In this document: positions 49,115-60,923 of the stretch, piece by piece
Numbering within the stretch: the stretch's first letter is position 1
Layout of the letters: every line of letters begins with the position of its first letter
NCBI GenBank assembly: GCA_038230475.1
Contig: JBBRNE010000012.1
Span: 4,413 to 68,412 of the forward strand
Direction: 5' to 3'
DNA from: Hyphomicrobiales bacterium
GTDB taxonomy: Bacteria > Pseudomonadota > Alphaproteobacteria > Rhizobiales > Xanthobacteraceae
DNA: 64,000 bases
Position numbers and translations under genes: made by a program
Notes under the pieces: model-generated
Told to the model about the DNA's origin: nothing
Database searches by the model: none
What the model saw: the letters and a program-made list of their open reading frames with translations, nothing else

Positions 49115-50380
49115 ATGCGGGAAATAAAACTACAAGACCTCAAAACCAAAACCGCGGCGGAGCTCGTCTCGTTCGCGGAAGAAAACGGGGTCGAAAATGC
49201 CAGCACCATGCGCAAGCAGGAGCTGATGTTCGCCATCCTCAAGCAGCTTGCGATCGCCGAAACCGACATCATCGGTGAAGGCGTCGTCGAAGTTCTATCC
49301 GACGGCTTCGGTTTTTTGCGTTCCTGGGACGCGAACTATCTTCCCGGCCCCGATGATATTTATGTCTCGCCCTCGCAAATTCGCCGTTTTGGATTGCGCA
49401 CTGGCGACACCATCGAAGGCCATATTCGTTCACCGAAAGAAGGCGAGCGATACTTTGCGCTGTTGAAGGTCAACACGCTGAATTTTGAAGATCCGGAAAA
49501 ATCAAAGCATAAAGTCAATTTCGACAATCTCACGCCGCTGTTCCCTGACGAACGCTTTCGTCTCGAACTGGAAGATCCGACCCGCAAGGATCTGTCGGCA
49601 CGGGTTATCGACATCGTGGCGCCTATCGGCAAAGGCCAGCGCGCATTGATCGTCGCTCCACCACGTACGGGTAAAACCGTGCTGATGCAGAACATCGCGC
49701 ATTCGATCACAGCCAATCATCCGGAATGTTTTCTGATCGTGCTTCTGATCGACGAGCGTCCGGAAGAAGTCACCGATATGCAGCGCTCAGTGAAGGGCGA
49801 GGTTGTCTCGTCCACCTTCGACGAACCGGCCTCGCGTCACGTTCAGGTCGCCGAGATGGTGATCGAAAAAGCCAAGCGCCTGGTCGAGCACGGTCGCGAT
49901 GTGGTGATCCTGCTGGATTCCATCACACGTCTCGGAAGAGCCTATAATACAGTGGTTCCGTCATCCGGTAAGGTTTTGACCGGCGGTGTCGATGCCAACG
50001 CGTTGCAGCGCCCGAAGCGTTTCTTCGGCGCCGCGCGTAACATCGAGGAGGGTGGATCGCTGACGATTATCGCAACCGCGCTGGTCGATACCGGCAGCCG
50101 CATGGACGAAGTGATTTTCGAGGAGTTCAAGGGCACGGGCAACTCGGAATTGATTCTCGACCGTAAGGTGTCCGACAAGCGCACTTTCCCGGCGATCGAC
50201 ATCGCGCGCTCCGGCACGCGCAAGGAAGAACTCATCACCGATCCGCTGTTGCTCAAGAAGATGTACGTGCTTCGTCGTATTCTCAATCCGATGGGCACGA
50301 TGGACGCCATCGACTTCCTGCTCGACAAGCTCCGCAACACCAAGAACAACGCGGAGTTCTTCGAGTCGATGAACACCTAA
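49115..50380 (+). CDS. rho: Transcription termination factor Rho
   Basis: [36 protein letters not shown]. Confidence 0.99.
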   Translation: MREIKLQDLKTKTAAELVSFAEENGVENASTMRKQELMFAILKQLAIAETDIIGEGVVEVLSDGFGFLRSWDANYLPGPDDIYVSPSQIRRFGLRTGDTIEGHIRSPKEGERYFALLKVNTLNFEDPEKSKHKVNFDNLTPLFPDERFRLELEDPTRKDLSARVIDIVAPIGKGQRALIVAPPRTGKTVLMQNIAHSITANHPECFLIVLLIDERPEEVTDMQRSVKGEVVSSTFDEPASRHVQVAEMVIEKAKRLVEHGRDVVILLDSITRLGRAYNTVVPSSGKVLTGGVDANALQRPKRFFGAARNIEEGGSLTIIATALVDTGSRMDEVIFEEFKGTGNSELILDRKVSDKRTFPAIDIARSGTRKEELITDPLLLKKMYVLRRILNPMGTMDAIDFLLDKLRNTKNNAEFFESMNT

Positions 50381-50402
50381 CAAGCGTTTCCCAAAAATAT
50401 AG

Positions 50403-50455
50403 CGGGCGAAGTGCGGCGTTGGAAATTTCCAAGCTCGCTTCGCCCGGACTTTTTT
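50403..50455 (+). terminator. Intrinsic terminator after rho
   Basis: cgggcgaagtg..ttggaaatttccaa..cgcttcgcccg long stem followed by T6. Confidence 0.7.
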
Positions 50456-50582
50456 GATTATTGCGGTTGTGCGGCGCATCAATATTTATGCTGCAGCCTA
50501 AGGTGCAGCAATTTAACCAGTGGTTAGCCATGTTGTCGGCCTTGGGCGTTGTGTCGGGCATGCGCTCCCGACAAAAGAAGCC

Positions 50583-51920
50583 ATGAGTTCTCGCGATCAC
50601 ACCATTTTTGCTTTGTCGTCAGGCCGCCCGCCTGCTGCGATTGCCATTGTCCGCGTCTCAGGCCCGAACGCGCGAATTACGCTCGAAAAGCTATGCGGGA
50701 AATTGCCCGCTCCTCGCTCTGCTCACGTCACGACGCTTCGCGATTCGGACGGCAACGTGATCGACGAATCGGTCGCGCTCTGGTTTCCGGGACCAAACTC
50801 CGCAACGGGCGAAGACGTCGCCGAATTTCAAATTCACGGCGGTCGTGCGGTGATTGCCGCGTTGTTCGAGGCGCTCGGAAAAATAGAGGGGTTGCGTCCG
50901 GCGGAGCCTGGAGAATTTACGCGACGTGCATTCGAGAACGGCAAGCTCGATCTGACCGAAGCTGAAGGCCTCGACGATCTCATTCACGCCGACACCGATC
51001 GCCAGCGCCGTCAGGCTTTGCGGCAACTCAAGGGCCTTCTCGGCGAGAAGGCCGAGAGCTGGCGCAAGCAAGTCATCGAAGCATCGGCGTTGGTTGAGGC
51101 CGGAATCGACTTCTCGGACGAAGGCGATGTGTCGGCGGAATTGGTCGCGCCTGCTTTGAAAAGAATTTCTGCATTAAAATCGGAAATCGAAGAAACCCTT
51201 GGCGCGCAGGCACAAAGTGAACGTCTGCGCGACGGCCTTGTGGTTGCGATTGCGGGTCCGCCGAATGCGGGCAAATCGACATTGCTCAATCGTCTGGCGC
51301 GGCGCGACGCGGCAATTGTCTCGCCACATGCGGGCACCACGCGCGACGCCATCGAAGTGCATCTCGATCTCGATGGATATCCTGTGACGCTGATCGACAC
51401 GGCTGGGATTCGCGATGCGTCCGACCCTGTCGAGCAGGAAGGCGTTCGTCGCGCCCGCGAGCGCGCCCGCACGGCTGATCTTGTTCTGTGGCTTGTCGAT
51501 GCGAATGAACCGACGCCGCCTGAAATCGACGGCGTTGAAAACGTGCCGGTCTGGATTCTGCGCAACAAGATCGATGTTGCGGCGACGGGCGCCACGCCTC
51601 ACACGTCTGGCGAAAACCTCCACGAAATCTCTGCATCACGTGGCGACGGCATAACTGAATTGGTCGGAAATCTTGTGACGTTTGCGCACGAATTTTTTGG
51701 CTCTGCTGAAGGCGCGTTAATTAGTCGAACGCGGCATCGACTGTTATTGCGGGAAACCGCCGATTCGCTAGGACGTGCGCTGAATTCTGGCGGACGAGGC
51801 GACGAAATTCTCGCCGAAGAGCTACGAATTGCAATTCATTCCTTGGGAAGGCTTACCGGGCGGGTCGATGTTGAGGATATTTTGGACGTTATTTTTCGGG
51901 AATTCTGTATCGGAAAATAA
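50583..51920 (+). CDS. mnmE: tRNA modification GTPase MnmE
   Basis: [50 protein letters not shown]-terminal FCIGK. Confidence 0.97.
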   Translation: MSSRDHTIFALSSGRPPAAIAIVRVSGPNARITLEKLCGKLPAPRSAHVTTLRDSDGNVIDESVALWFPGPNSATGEDVAEFQIHGGRAVIAALFEALGKIEGLRPAEPGEFTRRAFENGKLDLTEAEGLDDLIHADTDRQRRQALRQLKGLLGEKAESWRKQVIEASALVEAGIDFSDEGDVSAELVAPALKRISALKSEIEETLGAQAQSERLRDGLVVAIAGPPNAGKSTLLNRLARRDAAIVSPHAGTTRDAIEVHLDLDGYPVTLIDTAGIRDASDPVEQEGVRRARERARTADLVLWLVDANEPTPPEIDGVENVPVWILRNKIDVAATGATPHTSGENLHEISASRGDGITELVGNLVTFAHEFFGSAEGALISRTRHRLLLRETADSLGRALNSGGRGDEILAEELRIAIHSLGRLTGRVDVEDILDVIFREFCIGK

Positions 51921-51928
51921 ATTCGAGA

Positions 51929-51944
51929 TGTTTCACGTGAAACA
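51929..51944. promoter_or_regulatory. parS site 1
   Basis: TGTTTCACGTGAAACA, a perfect consensus palindrome. Confidence 0.95.
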
Positions 51945-51960
51945 CCACATTCTCTGCTCC

Positions 51961-51976
51961 CGTTTCACGTGAAACG
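51961..51976. promoter_or_regulatory. parS site 2
   Basis: CGTTTCACGTGAAACG, a perfect palindrome 16 bp after site 1. Confidence 0.95.
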
Positions 51977-52022
51977 TCGCTTTCGCCTTTCGGCGTTCGC
52001 GCTCCGGCGTTAGAACGCGCGC

Positions 52023-53891
52023 ATGAAATCATTCGACGTCATCGTCATCGGAGGAGGCCACGCCGGCTGCGAAGCCGCGTCGGCGTCCGCGCGTATGGGC
52101 GCGAAGACGGCACTGGTCACGCACAAATTTTCGACCATCGGAGCGATGTCCTGCAATCCCGCTATCGGCGGTTTGGGCAAGGGACATCTGGTTCGCGAAG
52201 TCGATGCGCTCGATGGTTTGATGGGTCGCGTCGCCGATGAGGGCGGCATCCAGTTTCGTGTGCTCAACCGCCGCAAGGGACCGGCCGTTCGCGGACCCCG
52301 CGCGCAGATCGATCGCAAGCTTTACGCAGCGGCGATGCAGGTGGCGATCCGCAACACGGAAAACCTGACCGTGATCGAGGGCGAGGCCGACGAACTTCTT
52401 CTCAACGAGGGAAAAATTGCGGGGATTCGTCTCGGCGACGGCAATGAAATCTCAGCAGGCGCCGTTGTCATCACGACCGGCACATTCCTTCGAGGCTTGA
52501 TCCACCTCGGGGAAAAGAACTGGCCTGCCGGACGCATCAATGAAGCACCCGCGACGGGACTATCAAAATCGTTCGAGCGGGCGGGCTTCACGCTGGGACG
52601 CTTGAAGACCGGTACGCCGCCGCGCCTCGACGGATCGACGATCAACTGGGCGGCGGTTGAGATGCAGTCCGGCGACGATCCGATCGAACCGTTCTCCGTG
52701 ATGACCGAGCAAATCACCACGCAACAGATCGAATGCGGCATCACACGCACGACGAATGCCACTCACGAGATCATCCGCGCCAACGTGCACCGCTCGCCGA
52801 TGTATTCCGGTCAGATCACAAGCACCGGGCCGCGATATTGTCCGTCCATCGAAGACAAGATCGTTCGCTTCGGCGATCGCGACGGGCATCAAATTTTTCT
52901 CGAGCCGGAAGGTCTCGACGACACCACCGTTTATCCGAATGGCATTTCGACGTCGCTTCCCGAAGACGTTCAGCAGGCTATTCTGGCGACGATTCCGGGC
53001 CTCGAAAATGTGCGGATGGTGCGCCCCGGCTACGCCATCGAATACGACCACGTCGATCCGCGCGAACTCGATCCGACGCTGCAGACCAAGCGCGTGCCGG
53101 GGCTTTTTCTCGCGGGGCAGATCAACGGCACCACGGGCTACGAAGAGGCTGCAGCGCAGGGGCTTTTGGCAGGTTTGAATGCCGCTTTGCTGGCCTCTGG
53201 AGCCGCGCCTGTCGTGTTTGACCGCGCCGATGGGTATCTCGGCGTCATGATCGACGACCTCACCTCACGGGGCATCACAGAGCCCTATCGAATGTTCACG
53301 TCGCGCGCCGAATATCGACTGACTTTGCGTGCCGATAACGCCGATCAGCGTCTCACGGGTCGCGGAATTGCGTTGGGTTGCGTGGGTTCGGAGCGCCGAT
53401 TGTTTCACGTGAAACGAATGGCGGATTTGGCCAGCGCCAAGGCTCTCTCGAAGTCGCTTTCGATCACACCGAATGAAGCCGCCAAGCACGGTCTTGCGCT
53501 CAACCATGATGGACAGCGCCGCACGGCGTTCGAGTTGCTGGCGTATCCCGATGTGAGTTGGGATCAGGTCGCGTCGATCTGGCCGCAGCTCAATGAAATC
53601 GATCCGAAGATCGCAGTGCATCTGGAGATCGATGCGAAATACGACGTCTATCTTTCGCGCCAGGCGGCGGATGTCGATGCATTTCGGCGTGACGAAAATC
53701 TCGCTCTCACAAACGTCGATTTTTCCTTGGTGCCGGGGCTGTCGAATGAAGCCCGGCAGAAGCTGGAGACAGTTCGCCCGCGCACGATTGGACAGGCCGG
53801 CCGCATCGAGGCGATGACGCCGGCGGCGCTCGCTATTCTGGCGGCGTATCTACGCCGCGAAGCGCGGCGCTCGACTGCGGCCTCGGCCTAA
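52023..53891 (+). CDS. mnmG: tRNA uridine-5-carboxymethylaminomethyl modification enzyme MnmG (GidA)
   Basis: [55 protein letters not shown]. Confidence 0.98.
   Translation: MKSFDVIVIGGGHAGCEAASASARMGAKTALVTHKFSTIGAMSCNPAIGGLGKGHLVREVDALDGLMGRVADEGGIQFRVLNRRKGPAVRGPRAQIDRKLYAAAMQVAIRNTENLTVIEGEADELLLNEGKIAGIRLGDGNEISAGAVVITTGTFLRGLIHLGEKNWPAGRINEAPATGLSKSFERAGFTLGRLKTGTPPRLDGSTINWAAVEMQSGDDPIEPFSVMTEQITTQQIECGITRTTNATHEIIRANVHRSPMYSGQITSTGPRYCPSIEDKIVRFGDRDGHQIFLEPEGLDDTTVYPNGISTSLPEDVQQAILATIPGLENVRMVRPGYAIEYDHVDPRELDPTLQTKRVPGLFLAGQINGTTGYEEAAAQGLLAGLNAALLASGAAPVVFDRADGYLGVMIDDLTSRGITEPYRMFTSRAEYRLTLRADNADQRLTGRGIALGCVGSERRLFHVKRMADLASAKALSKSLSITPNEAAKHGLALNHDGQRRTAFELLAYPDVSWDQVASIWPQLNEIDPKIAVHLEIDAKYDVYLSRQAADVDAFRRDENLALTNVDFSLVPGLSNEARQKLETVRPRTIGQAGRIEAMTPAALAILAAYLRREARRSTAASA
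53401..53416. promoter_or_regulatory. parS site 3 (inside mnmG)
   Basis: TGTTTCACGTGAAACG; encodes LFHVKR. Confidence 0.88.
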
Positions 53892-53897
53892 CGGGTC

Positions 53898-54566
53898 ATG
53901 CCTTCGACAAAGCCTTCGCCGATTTCAGCCGCCGACAAAGCCGCTGCCTTGGCGCTGACGCCTGTTTCACGTGAAACAGAGCAACGGCTGGACGCCTACG
54001 TCGAGCTTCTCGTCGCGTGGCAGGCGAAAACAAACCTGATCGCGTCCTCGACGCTTCCCAATATCTGGACGCGCCACATCGCCGACTCGCTTCAGCTTCT
54101 CGATCTCGCTCCCAGAGCAAAATTCTGGGCTGATTTGGGCAGCGGTGGTGGATTTCCCGGCGTCGTTCTGGCCTGTGTGTTTGCCGAAAGCGGCGCGACC
54201 GTCGATCTCGTTGAGCGCAACGCCAAGAAGGCAGCCTTCCTGCGCGAAGCGCTCAGGATCACGAAGGCACCCGGCACCGTTCATTTGTCGAGCATCGAGG
54301 ATTATGTGGATAGGTATGGCGGACACATCGATTGCGTCACTGCCCGCGCGGTCGCCCCACTAGACTTGCTGCTGGGATACGCCCAGCCTCTGGTGAAACG
54401 CGGTGCAAAAGCATTGTTTCTAAAGGGGCAAGATGTAGAGCCTGAATTGACGGAAGCTACTAAATATTGGAAGATTGAGCCTCGCCTCCATCCCAGCCGC
54501 ACCGGTGGCGACGGATGGATCGTCGAAATCGACAGCATCGAGCGGCAGACAGTTCAATCTTCGTAA
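53898..54566 (+). CDS. rsmG: 16S rRNA G527 methyltransferase RsmG (GidB)
   Basis: NLI, RHIADS, DLGSGGGFPG, VTARA, KG. Confidence 0.95.
   Translation: MPSTKPSPISAADKAAALALTPVSRETEQRLDAYVELLVAWQAKTNLIASSTLPNIWTRHIADSLQLLDLAPRAKFWADLGSGGGFPGVVLACVFAESGATVDLVERNAKKAAFLREALRITKAPGTVHLSSIEDYVDRYGGHIDCVTARAVAPLDLLLGYAQPLVKRGAKALFLKGQDVEPELTEATKYWKIEPRLHPSRTGGDGWIVEIDSIERQTVQSS
53963..53978. promoter_or_regulatory. parS site 4 (inside rsmG)
   Basis: TGTTTCACGTGAAACA; encodes VSRET. Confidence 0.9.
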
Positions 54567-54585
54567 CAGGGTACGGGCCAGGCAC

Positions 54586-55443
54586 ATGATCGGCATCGAC
54601 GGAATTTTCAAAGGCGAAAACGGCGGCTCGGCAACTGAGGCCGGCCATCCGCGAATTCTCGCACTCGCCAACCAAAAGGGCGGCGTCGGCAAGACCACGA
54701 CTGCGATCAATCTCGGCACGGCGCTGGCCGCCATCGGCGAGCGTGTGCTGATCGTCGATCTCGATCCGCAGGGCAACGCCTCGACGGGCCTGGGCATTGA
54801 TCGGCGCAACCGCAACTGCTCGACCTACGACGTGTTGATCGGCGAAGCGAAACTGCGCGACGCGATCATGCCGACCGCCGTGCCGCGTCTTCACATCGCG
54901 TCATCGACGATGGATCTGTCGGGTCTCGAACTTGAATTGGGTTCCGCGCGCGATCGCGCGTTTCGTCTGCGCAGTGCGCTGGCCGAATTGAACACCGGGA
55001 CCGACACCGAAAACGATTACACCTATGTGCTGGTCGATTGTCCGCCGTCGCTCAATCTCATCACCGTCAACGCGATGGCCGCGTCGCATGCGATCCTCGT
55101 TCCGCTTCAATGTGAATTTTTCGCACTCGAAGGACTGTCGCAGCTACTGCAGACGGTCGAGCAGGTTCGCACCACGCTCAATCCGACGCTGACGATTCAC
55201 GGCATCGTGCTGACGATGTTCGACGCGCGAAACAATTTGTCGAACCAGGTCGTGGCCGATGTGCGCCAGTTCATGGGCAAGAAAGTTTACGACACCATGA
55301 TCCCGCGCAATGTGCGCATCTCGGAAGCGCCGTCCTACGGCAAACCAGTTCTTGTCTACGATCTCAAATGCATCGGCTCTGAGGCCTACCTCAAACTCGC
55401 GACCGAAGTGATTCAGCGCGAGCGCGAATTGCGTACGCACTGA
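54586..55443 (+). CDS. parA: Chromosome partitioning ATPase ParA
   Basis: NQKGGVGKTTT, DLDPQGNAS, DCPPSL, QCEFFALEG, IPRNVRISEAPS. Confidence 0.97.
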   Translation: MIGIDGIFKGENGGSATEAGHPRILALANQKGGVGKTTTAINLGTALAAIGERVLIVDLDPQGNASTGLGIDRRNRNCSTYDVLIGEAKLRDAIMPTAVPRLHIASSTMDLSGLELELGSARDRAFRLRSALAELNTGTDTENDYTYVLVDCPPSLNLITVNAMAASHAILVPLQCEFFALEGLSQLLQTVEQVRTTLNPTLTIHGIVLTMFDARNNLSNQVVADVRQFMGKKVYDTMIPRNVRISEAPSYGKPVLVYDLKCIGSEAYLKLATEVIQRERELRTH

Positions 55444-55518
55444 ATTTCGCAAAGTGCAATTTGAGTTTGAGATGGCGGGAGCGGTGAGTTGAGTGGTGCG
55501 AGTGCAAAAGGAACGGCG

Positions 55519-56412
55519 ATGGCCGACGAAGCGCGTTCGCGATTGGGTCGCGGTCTTGCCAGTCTGATCGGAGACGTTGGCGGAGAAGCCGCGCATGTCG
55601 ATCGTCCCAACCGCGCGCAGCGCCGCGTACCTATCGAATTTCTAAAAGCCAATCCGCGCAATCCGCGCCGGGCGTTTTCTGACGTCGAACTCGACGAACT
55701 TTCTGCATCGATCAAACAGCATGGCGTGATCCAGCCGATTGTCGTTCGCCCCGTGAAGGGTGCGACCGATCGTTTCGAGATCATCGCCGGTGAACGCCGA
55801 TGGCGCGCCTCGCAACGTGCTGGCTTGCGCGACGTGCCGATTGTCGCCCTCGAAGTCACCGACAGCGCCGCGCTCGAAATCGCGATCATCGAGAACGTGC
55901 AGCGTTCGGATTTGAATGCGATGGAGGAAGCGCAAGGCTATCACGCGCTCGTTGCCGAATACAAACACAGTCAGGATGAGATCGCAAAGCTCGTTGGCAA
56001 AAGTCGCAGCCATGTCGCCAACATGATGCGGTTGACGAAGTTGCCGAAGGACGTGCAGGGCTTTATCGCCGACGGAAAACTTTCGGCGGGCCATGCCCGT
56101 GCGCTGATCGGCGTGCCCGACGCGACCGCTGCTGCGAAGCGCATTGTCAGTGAAGGCCTTACGGTGCGTCAGGCCGAGGCGCTTGCGCATGAACAAGGCG
56201 TGCCGCAACGCAAGCCGCAGAAGGGCCGCGCGGGGAAGGCGGCGAAGGGAAAAGATGCCGATACGGTGGCCCTTGAGCGGCGCGTCAGCGATGTCTTGGG
56301 ATTGAAAGTCAGCGTCGAGCACCGCAATCCAGGCGGCGCAGTGCAGATCAAATACCGCGATCTCGATCAGCTCGACGAAATTCTGCGGCGTCTGGAATCA
56401 GGCCGTAAATAG
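55519..56412 (+). CDS. parB: Chromosome partitioning protein ParB
   Basis: SRLGRGLASL, NPRNPR, IIAGERRWRA, ENVQRSDLN, GKSRSHVAN HTH. Confidence 0.97.
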   Translation: MADEARSRLGRGLASLIGDVGGEAAHVDRPNRAQRRVPIEFLKANPRNPRRAFSDVELDELSASIKQHGVIQPIVVRPVKGATDRFEIIAGERRWRASQRAGLRDVPIVALEVTDSAALEIAIIENVQRSDLNAMEEAQGYHALVAEYKHSQDEIAKLVGKSRSHVANMMRLTKLPKDVQGFIADGKLSAGHARALIGVPDATAAAKRIVSEGLTVRQAEALAHEQGVPQRKPQKGRAGKAAKGKDADTVALERRVSDVLGLKVSVEHRNPGGAVQIKYRDLDQLDEILRRLESGRK

Positions 56413-56434
56413 CCGTTTTTTGCAATTTTTGAAA

Positions 56435-57463
56435 TTACCCGCGGCGGCGGGAGTTGACCGCGATCGCCAGCAGCGCACGCTGTGCGATGACTTCCGCCAT
56501 TGCCGATTGCTTGCGCATGTCGGCGGCGGCTTCGGCGAGTTGCGCGATATTGCGCAGCAGTCTTTCCGTGCTCGAATTTCGCAACGCCGTCTCGACCAGC
56601 GGCTTGCGTGAAAAATGCAGACGCGGAAATCCGCGCTCGGCAACTTCGCCCTCGCTTTGACCCTCATCAATAGAAAGCCTTGCCTTGTGCAGTTGCGCCG
56701 CGTGGCGTTGCGCGGTCATCACAATGAGGCTTGGATAAATTCCGGCGGCCATCGCTTTTGAGAAAGCCTTTTCGACTTCCGCCGGCTTGCCGGCGAATGC
56801 GCTGTCGATAATCGGGTCGAGCGCGAGGCCCGACGCATCGGTGACGATGGCGACGATGTCGTCCAGCGTGATTTCGGGTTTGCCGTGCGCGTAAAGCGCG
56901 AGTTTGCGGATTTCATTGCGCGACGCCTGACGGTCCCCACCAAGCAACGATGTCAGTGCCGTGCGCGCGTCCGCAGATATTTTCAGATGAGAGGCGCGTA
57001 GTTCGTCGTCGATCAGGCGTTCGAGATCCCTCACACCGTCGGCGTAGCACGCAATCGCGACGGCAGACTTGGCGCGCTCGCAGGCCTTGCGAAGCGGCGC
57101 GTCGGGACGCAATTCGCCCGCCTCGATCACGACCCGGCAATCTTTTGGCGACATTTCGGCGAGCGTATCGATACCCGCGGCGAAACTCTTTCCGCCTGCA
57201 CGAATGCGAATCGCGCGCCGTCCACCGAACAACGGCACCGTCATGGCTTCATCGACGAGGCGAGAAGGCTCAGCGGCAAGTTCGTCGCCGTCGAGTCTCA
57301 CAAGTGAAAACGGATCGTTGGGATCATCGACGGCCGACGCCAGCAGCGCGTCGGCGCGTTCACGCACGAGACCTGCATCCGGACCGTAGAGAAGGATGAT
57401 GGGACGTGCCGGATCGGGCCGGGCCAGAAACGCGTCGATGTCTCGTCCGCGAAGGGCGACCAC
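56435..57463 (-). CDS. holA: DNA polymerase III delta subunit
   Basis: LLYGPDAGLVRE, VPLFGGRR, ACYAD, SRNEIRKLALY; in the leuS-lptE-holA order. Confidence 0.93.
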   Translation of the reverse strand: MVALRGRDIDAFLARPDPARPIILLYGPDAGLVRERADALLASAVDDPNDPFSLVRLDGDELAAEPSRLVDEAMTVPLFGGRRAIRIRAGGKSFAAGIDTLAEMSPKDCRVVIEAGELRPDAPLRKACERAKSAVAIACYADGVRDLERLIDDELRASHLKISADARTALTSLLGGDRQASRNEIRKLALYAHGKPEITLDDIVAIVTDASGLALDPIIDSAFAGKPAEVEKAFSKAMAAGIYPSLIVMTAQRHAAQLHKARLSIDEGQSEGEVAERGFPRLHFSRKPLVETALRNSSTERLLRNIAQLAEAAADMRKQSAMAEVIAQRALLAIAVNSRRRG

Positions 57464-57464
57464 G

Positions 57465-57539
57465 CTAGTGTCCCGAATCCAAAGTTCGCTTCATGTTGCC
57501 GCGCATTCTTTCCAGCGAACTTTGGATTCAAAGGGACAC
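57465..57539. repeat. Bulged-hairpin MITE-like element E1
   Basis: GTGTCCC+GAATCCAAAGTTCGCT (57468-90) pairs with AGCGAACTTTGGATTC-aaa-GGGACAC (57514-39); CTAG at the left end. Confidence 0.8.
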
Positions 57540-57554
57540 GGGCGAATTATAATT

Positions 57555-57630
57555 CTCGTGTGGCTTTGTTCAAACATTCTCTTGGCGGGCAAGCAGCACA
57601 AACAAAGATAATGTTTGAACGCCACACGAG
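57555..57630. repeat. Bulged-hairpin MITE-like element E2 (inverted relative to E1)
   Basis: CTCGTGTGGC-ttt-GTTCAAACATT (57555-78) pairs with AATGTTTGAAC+GCCACACGAG (57610-30). Confidence 0.8.
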
Positions 57631-57633
57631 CGG

Positions 57634-58188
57634 TTACATCCCCGTCGCGAAATACGACGCCATGCGCTGGTTGATATTCTCCGCGATCACATTCGCGGCG
57701 CGATCTTCGGCATCGCGCAACGCACGAGAGCGGGCGAAGCGCTGGGTCTGTCCGGGAATATCGTATGACACGCGCGAGAAGGTATTGCCGGTGAGGATCG
57801 ATTTGTCGGACGTGTTGTCCTTGAGCTCATACGTCACATTGATGCCATAGGTCTCAGCGTCAGCCAGCGCCGTGCTCGGATCGACGATGACCGTCAAGCG
57901 GCTGGTGGTCAGCTTCATCAGAAGCCGATGCGTGGGCGGACCGCCGACGGCCGCACCGTACATCTGGAACATCAGCGCGTTGCGAATGCCTAAGCCAACG
58001 CGTGCTTCGCGTGAGCCGTTCGGCAAATTCAGCGGCGGAACTTCGACACCGAGCAGCTTGTCGCGCAACCCCGGCGAGCCGTTCGGCCCGCGTTCGGCGT
58101 ACATCGGCTGAAAGCAGCCAGCCGTCACGGCGGCCAGTGATGCCACAGCAATCAGCCGGACAGCTATGCGCTTATCAAACCACAACAT
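57634..58188 (-). CDS. lptE: LPS assembly lipoprotein LptE
   Basis: Lipobox VTAGC followed by FQPMY; RVSYD..RFAR.RA..DAE.RAA; located between leuS and holA. Confidence 0.85.
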   Translation of the reverse strand: MLWFDKRIAVRLIAVASLAAVTAGCFQPMYAERGPNGSPGLRDKLLGVEVPPLNLPNGSREARVGLGIRNALMFQMYGAAVGGPPTHRLLMKLTTSRLTVIVDPSTALADAETYGINVTYELKDNTSDKSILTGNTFSRVSYDIPGQTQRFARSRALRDAEDRAANVIAENINQRMASYFATGM

Positions 58189-60805
58189 TCACGATCCTCT
58201 GCGGAACGACGATGACCTTTTTGGGGGCCTTCCCGTCCAGCGTCGATTTTACCGTATCGAGTGTTAAAACGGCAGCCTCTATTTCCTCGTTCGAGGCATT
58301 TCGAGCCACCGTGACATCTCCGCGCTTCTTGCCGTTAACCTGCACGGGGAGCGTAATTGTGTCATCGAGCAGCAAACCGGGTTCGATTTTCGGCCACTGT
58401 GCCTCGGAAACCAACCCCTTGTGGCCGAGCACTTGCCAGCATTCTTCCGCCAGATGCGGCATCATCGGGGAAATCACGACCGCGAGCATGTCAAAGGCTT
58501 CGCGCGCGGCTGCCGCAACGACCGCGTCTTTTTCAAGCGGTTTGGCTGGATCGTCGACAACTTCAGCGAGCGCGCTGACGAACGTGTAAATTTTTGCGAT
58601 GCCGGTGTTGAAGCGCAGCCGCTCGATGGCATTCGAGACGTCACTCAATGTGCGATGAGCGACCATGCGCAGCGCTTTTGCGTCGGCGTGATCGGGTGCG
58701 ATAACAGTGTTCGGGTTCGGCAGATGAGGTGCTGCGGCGTTCACCAGCCGCCACACGCGCTGAACGAAACGGCTGGCACCCTGCACGCCTTCTTCGCTCC
58801 AGATCACGTCGCGGTCAGGAGGAGAATCGGAAAGCATAAACCAGCGTGCGGTATCGGCGCCGTAGGTACCGATGATGTCATCTGGATCGACGGTGTTGCG
58901 CTTTGACTTCGACATCTTTTCTATGGAGCCGATTTCGACGATTTGGCCTCCATCAAGAAGCGTGGCCTGCCGCTTGTCGCCGGCCACATCGATTTTGATT
59001 TCCGCAGGCGACGCGAAAGTACCGTCCTTCTTCTTGTAAGTCTCATGCACCACCATGCCCTGCGTGAACATGCCGGCGAACGGCTCGTCCATGCCGACAT
59101 GACCGGTAACTTTCATCGCGCGCGTAAAGAAGCGCGAATACAGCAGATGTAAAATCGCGTGCTCGACGCCGCCGATATATTGATCGACCGGCATCATGCG
59201 ATTGACGACATTGGGCGTCGTCGGTGCCTTTTCATTCCACGGATCGGTGAAGCGTGCGAAATACCATGATGAGTCGACGAAGGTGTCCATCGTGTCGGTT
59301 TCGCGCTGCGCCTTGCCGCCGCATTTCGGACAGGCGACGTGTTTCCAAGTCGGATGATGGTCGAGCGCGTTGCCGGGTTTGTCGAACGACACGTCGTCCG
59401 GCAGCACGACGGGAAGATCTTTATCCGGCACAGGCACCACGTCGCATGTCGGACAGTGAATGACTGGAATCGGACAACCCCAATAGCGCTGACGCGAGAT
59501 ACCCCAGTCGCGCAGGCGGAAGTTGACCTGCCGCTGCGCGACAGCGCGATTTCCCAACGTCGTTGCTTCAAGCCGCTTTGCGACTTCCTCCTTGGCTTGC
59601 ACAATCGTCATGCCGTCCAGAAAGCGTGAATTGATCATCGTGCCGTCGCCGTCATAGGCGATGTCAGTAATGACGAATGTTTTAGGATCGGTGTCGGGCG
59701 GGCAAACAACAGGCGTATTGCCGAGTTTGTATTTGTTGACGAAATCCAGATCGCGCTGATCGTGCGCTGGACAGCCGAAGATCGCGCCCGTGCCGTATTC
59801 CATCAAAACGAAGTTCGCGACGTAAATCGGAAGCATCCATGACGGGTCGAGCGGATGCGCGGCCTTGATGCCGGTGTCGAAACCCATTTTCTCGGCGGTG
59901 TCGATGTCAGCTTGCGCTGTGCCGCGATGTTTCGTCTCGGCGATAAAATCGGAGAGTTTCGGATTTTTCTTTGCAGCCTCCGTCGCCAGCGGATGATCGG
60001 GCGCAATGGCAACGAACTTCGCGCCGAACAACGTATCCGGCCGTGTGGTGAAAACTTCGATCTCACTCTCATTGTTCGGCGTGGATTTTGCGTCGAGTGC
60101 AAAGCGAATCAGCAAACCTTCTGAACGGCCGATCCAATTTCTTTGCATGAGCCGGACTTTGTCGGGCCAGCGATCCAGCGTATCGAGCGCGTCCAAAAGT
60201 TCTTGCGAGTATTTCGTGATCTTGAAGACCCACTGATTCATCTCGCGCTGCTCGACGACAGCACCGGAACGCCAGCCCTTGCCGTCGATCACCTGCTCGT
60301 TGGCGAGCACGGTCATATCGACCGGATCCCAGTTGATCTTGCGCTTTTCGCGCTCGGCCAAACCCACACCGAGAAAGTCGAGAAACATCTTTTGCTGATG
60401 TTTGTAATAACTCGGATCGCAGGTCGCGAATTCGCGCGACCAGTCGAGCGACAGCCCCATGGTCTGGAGCTGCTTCTTCATCGTGGCGATATTTTCGTAG
60501 GTCCATTTTTTCGGCGCGACCTTGCGTTCGATCGCGGCATTCTCGGCGGGCAAACCGAACGCATCCCATCCCATCGGGTGCAAGACATTGTAGCCCTTGG
60601 CACGCATGGTGCGCGCGACAACGTCGCCCATCGTGTAGTTGCGGACGTGACCCATATGGATTCGCCCCGACGGATAGGGGAACATCTCGAGGACGTAGTA
60701 TTTCTCGCGGGGGTCGTCGTTTTTGGTCGCGAAAATCGCCTGCTGATCCCACAGGCGTTGCCATCGCGGCTCGGTTTCGCGGGCGTTATAGCGTTCAATG
60801 CTCAT
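58175..60805 (-). CDS. leuS: Leucine--tRNA ligase
   Basis: [36 protein letters not shown]. Confidence 0.98.
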   Translation of the reverse strand: MSIERYNARETEPRWQRLWDQQAIFATKNDDPREKYYVLEMFPYPSGRIHMGHVRNYTMGDVVARTMRAKGYNVLHPMGWDAFGLPAENAAIERKVAPKKWTYENIATMKKQLQTMGLSLDWSREFATCDPSYYKHQQKMFLDFLGVGLAEREKRKINWDPVDMTVLANEQVIDGKGWRSGAVVEQREMNQWVFKITKYSQELLDALDTLDRWPDKVRLMQRNWIGRSEGLLIRFALDAKSTPNNESEIEVFTTRPDTLFGAKFVAIAPDHPLATEAAKKNPKLSDFIAETKHRGTAQADIDTAEKMGFDTGIKAAHPLDPSWMLPIYVANFVLMEYGTGAIFGCPAHDQRDLDFVNKYKLGNTPVVCPPDTDPKTFVITDIAYDGDGTMINSRFLDGMTIVQAKEEVAKRLEATTLGNRAVAQRQVNFRLRDWGISRQRYWGCPIPVIHCPTCDVVPVPDKDLPVVLPDDVSFDKPGNALDHHPTWKHVACPKCGGKAQRETDTMDTFVDSSWYFARFTDPWNEKAPTTPNVVNRMMPVDQYIGGVEHAILHLLYSRFFTRAMKVTGHVGMDEPFAGMFTQGMVVHETYKKKDGTFASPAEIKIDVAGDKRQATLLDGGQIVEIGSIEKMSKSKRNTVDPDDIIGTYGADTARWFMLSDSPPDRDVIWSEEGVQGASRFVQRVWRLVNAAAPHLPNPNTVIAPDHADAKALRMVAHRTLSDVSNAIERLRFNTGIAKIYTFVSALAEVVDDPAKPLEKDAVVAAAAREAFDMLAVVISPMMPHLAEECWQVLGHKGLVSEAQWPKIEPGLLLDDTITLPVQVNGKKRGDVTVARNASNEEIEAAVLTLDTVKSTLDGKAPKKVIVVPQRIVNVVV

Positions 60806-60923
60806 GGTAAGGCGTCGTCTGCCGAGAAAACAGGGTGAATTGTAGCGGCAGACTAGCCACAAAAGGCGGCGTTGGGTCAACGCCTTGGGCGTGATTCGGG
60901 GTGCATGGACGGTTGGCTTAAGT

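Noticed and set aside
50469-50511. TGCGGCGCA and GCTGCA..TGCAGC motifs upstream of mnmE as a PhaR-like operator
   Set aside because: Only a partial match in GC-rich DNA, with no functional link to mnmE.
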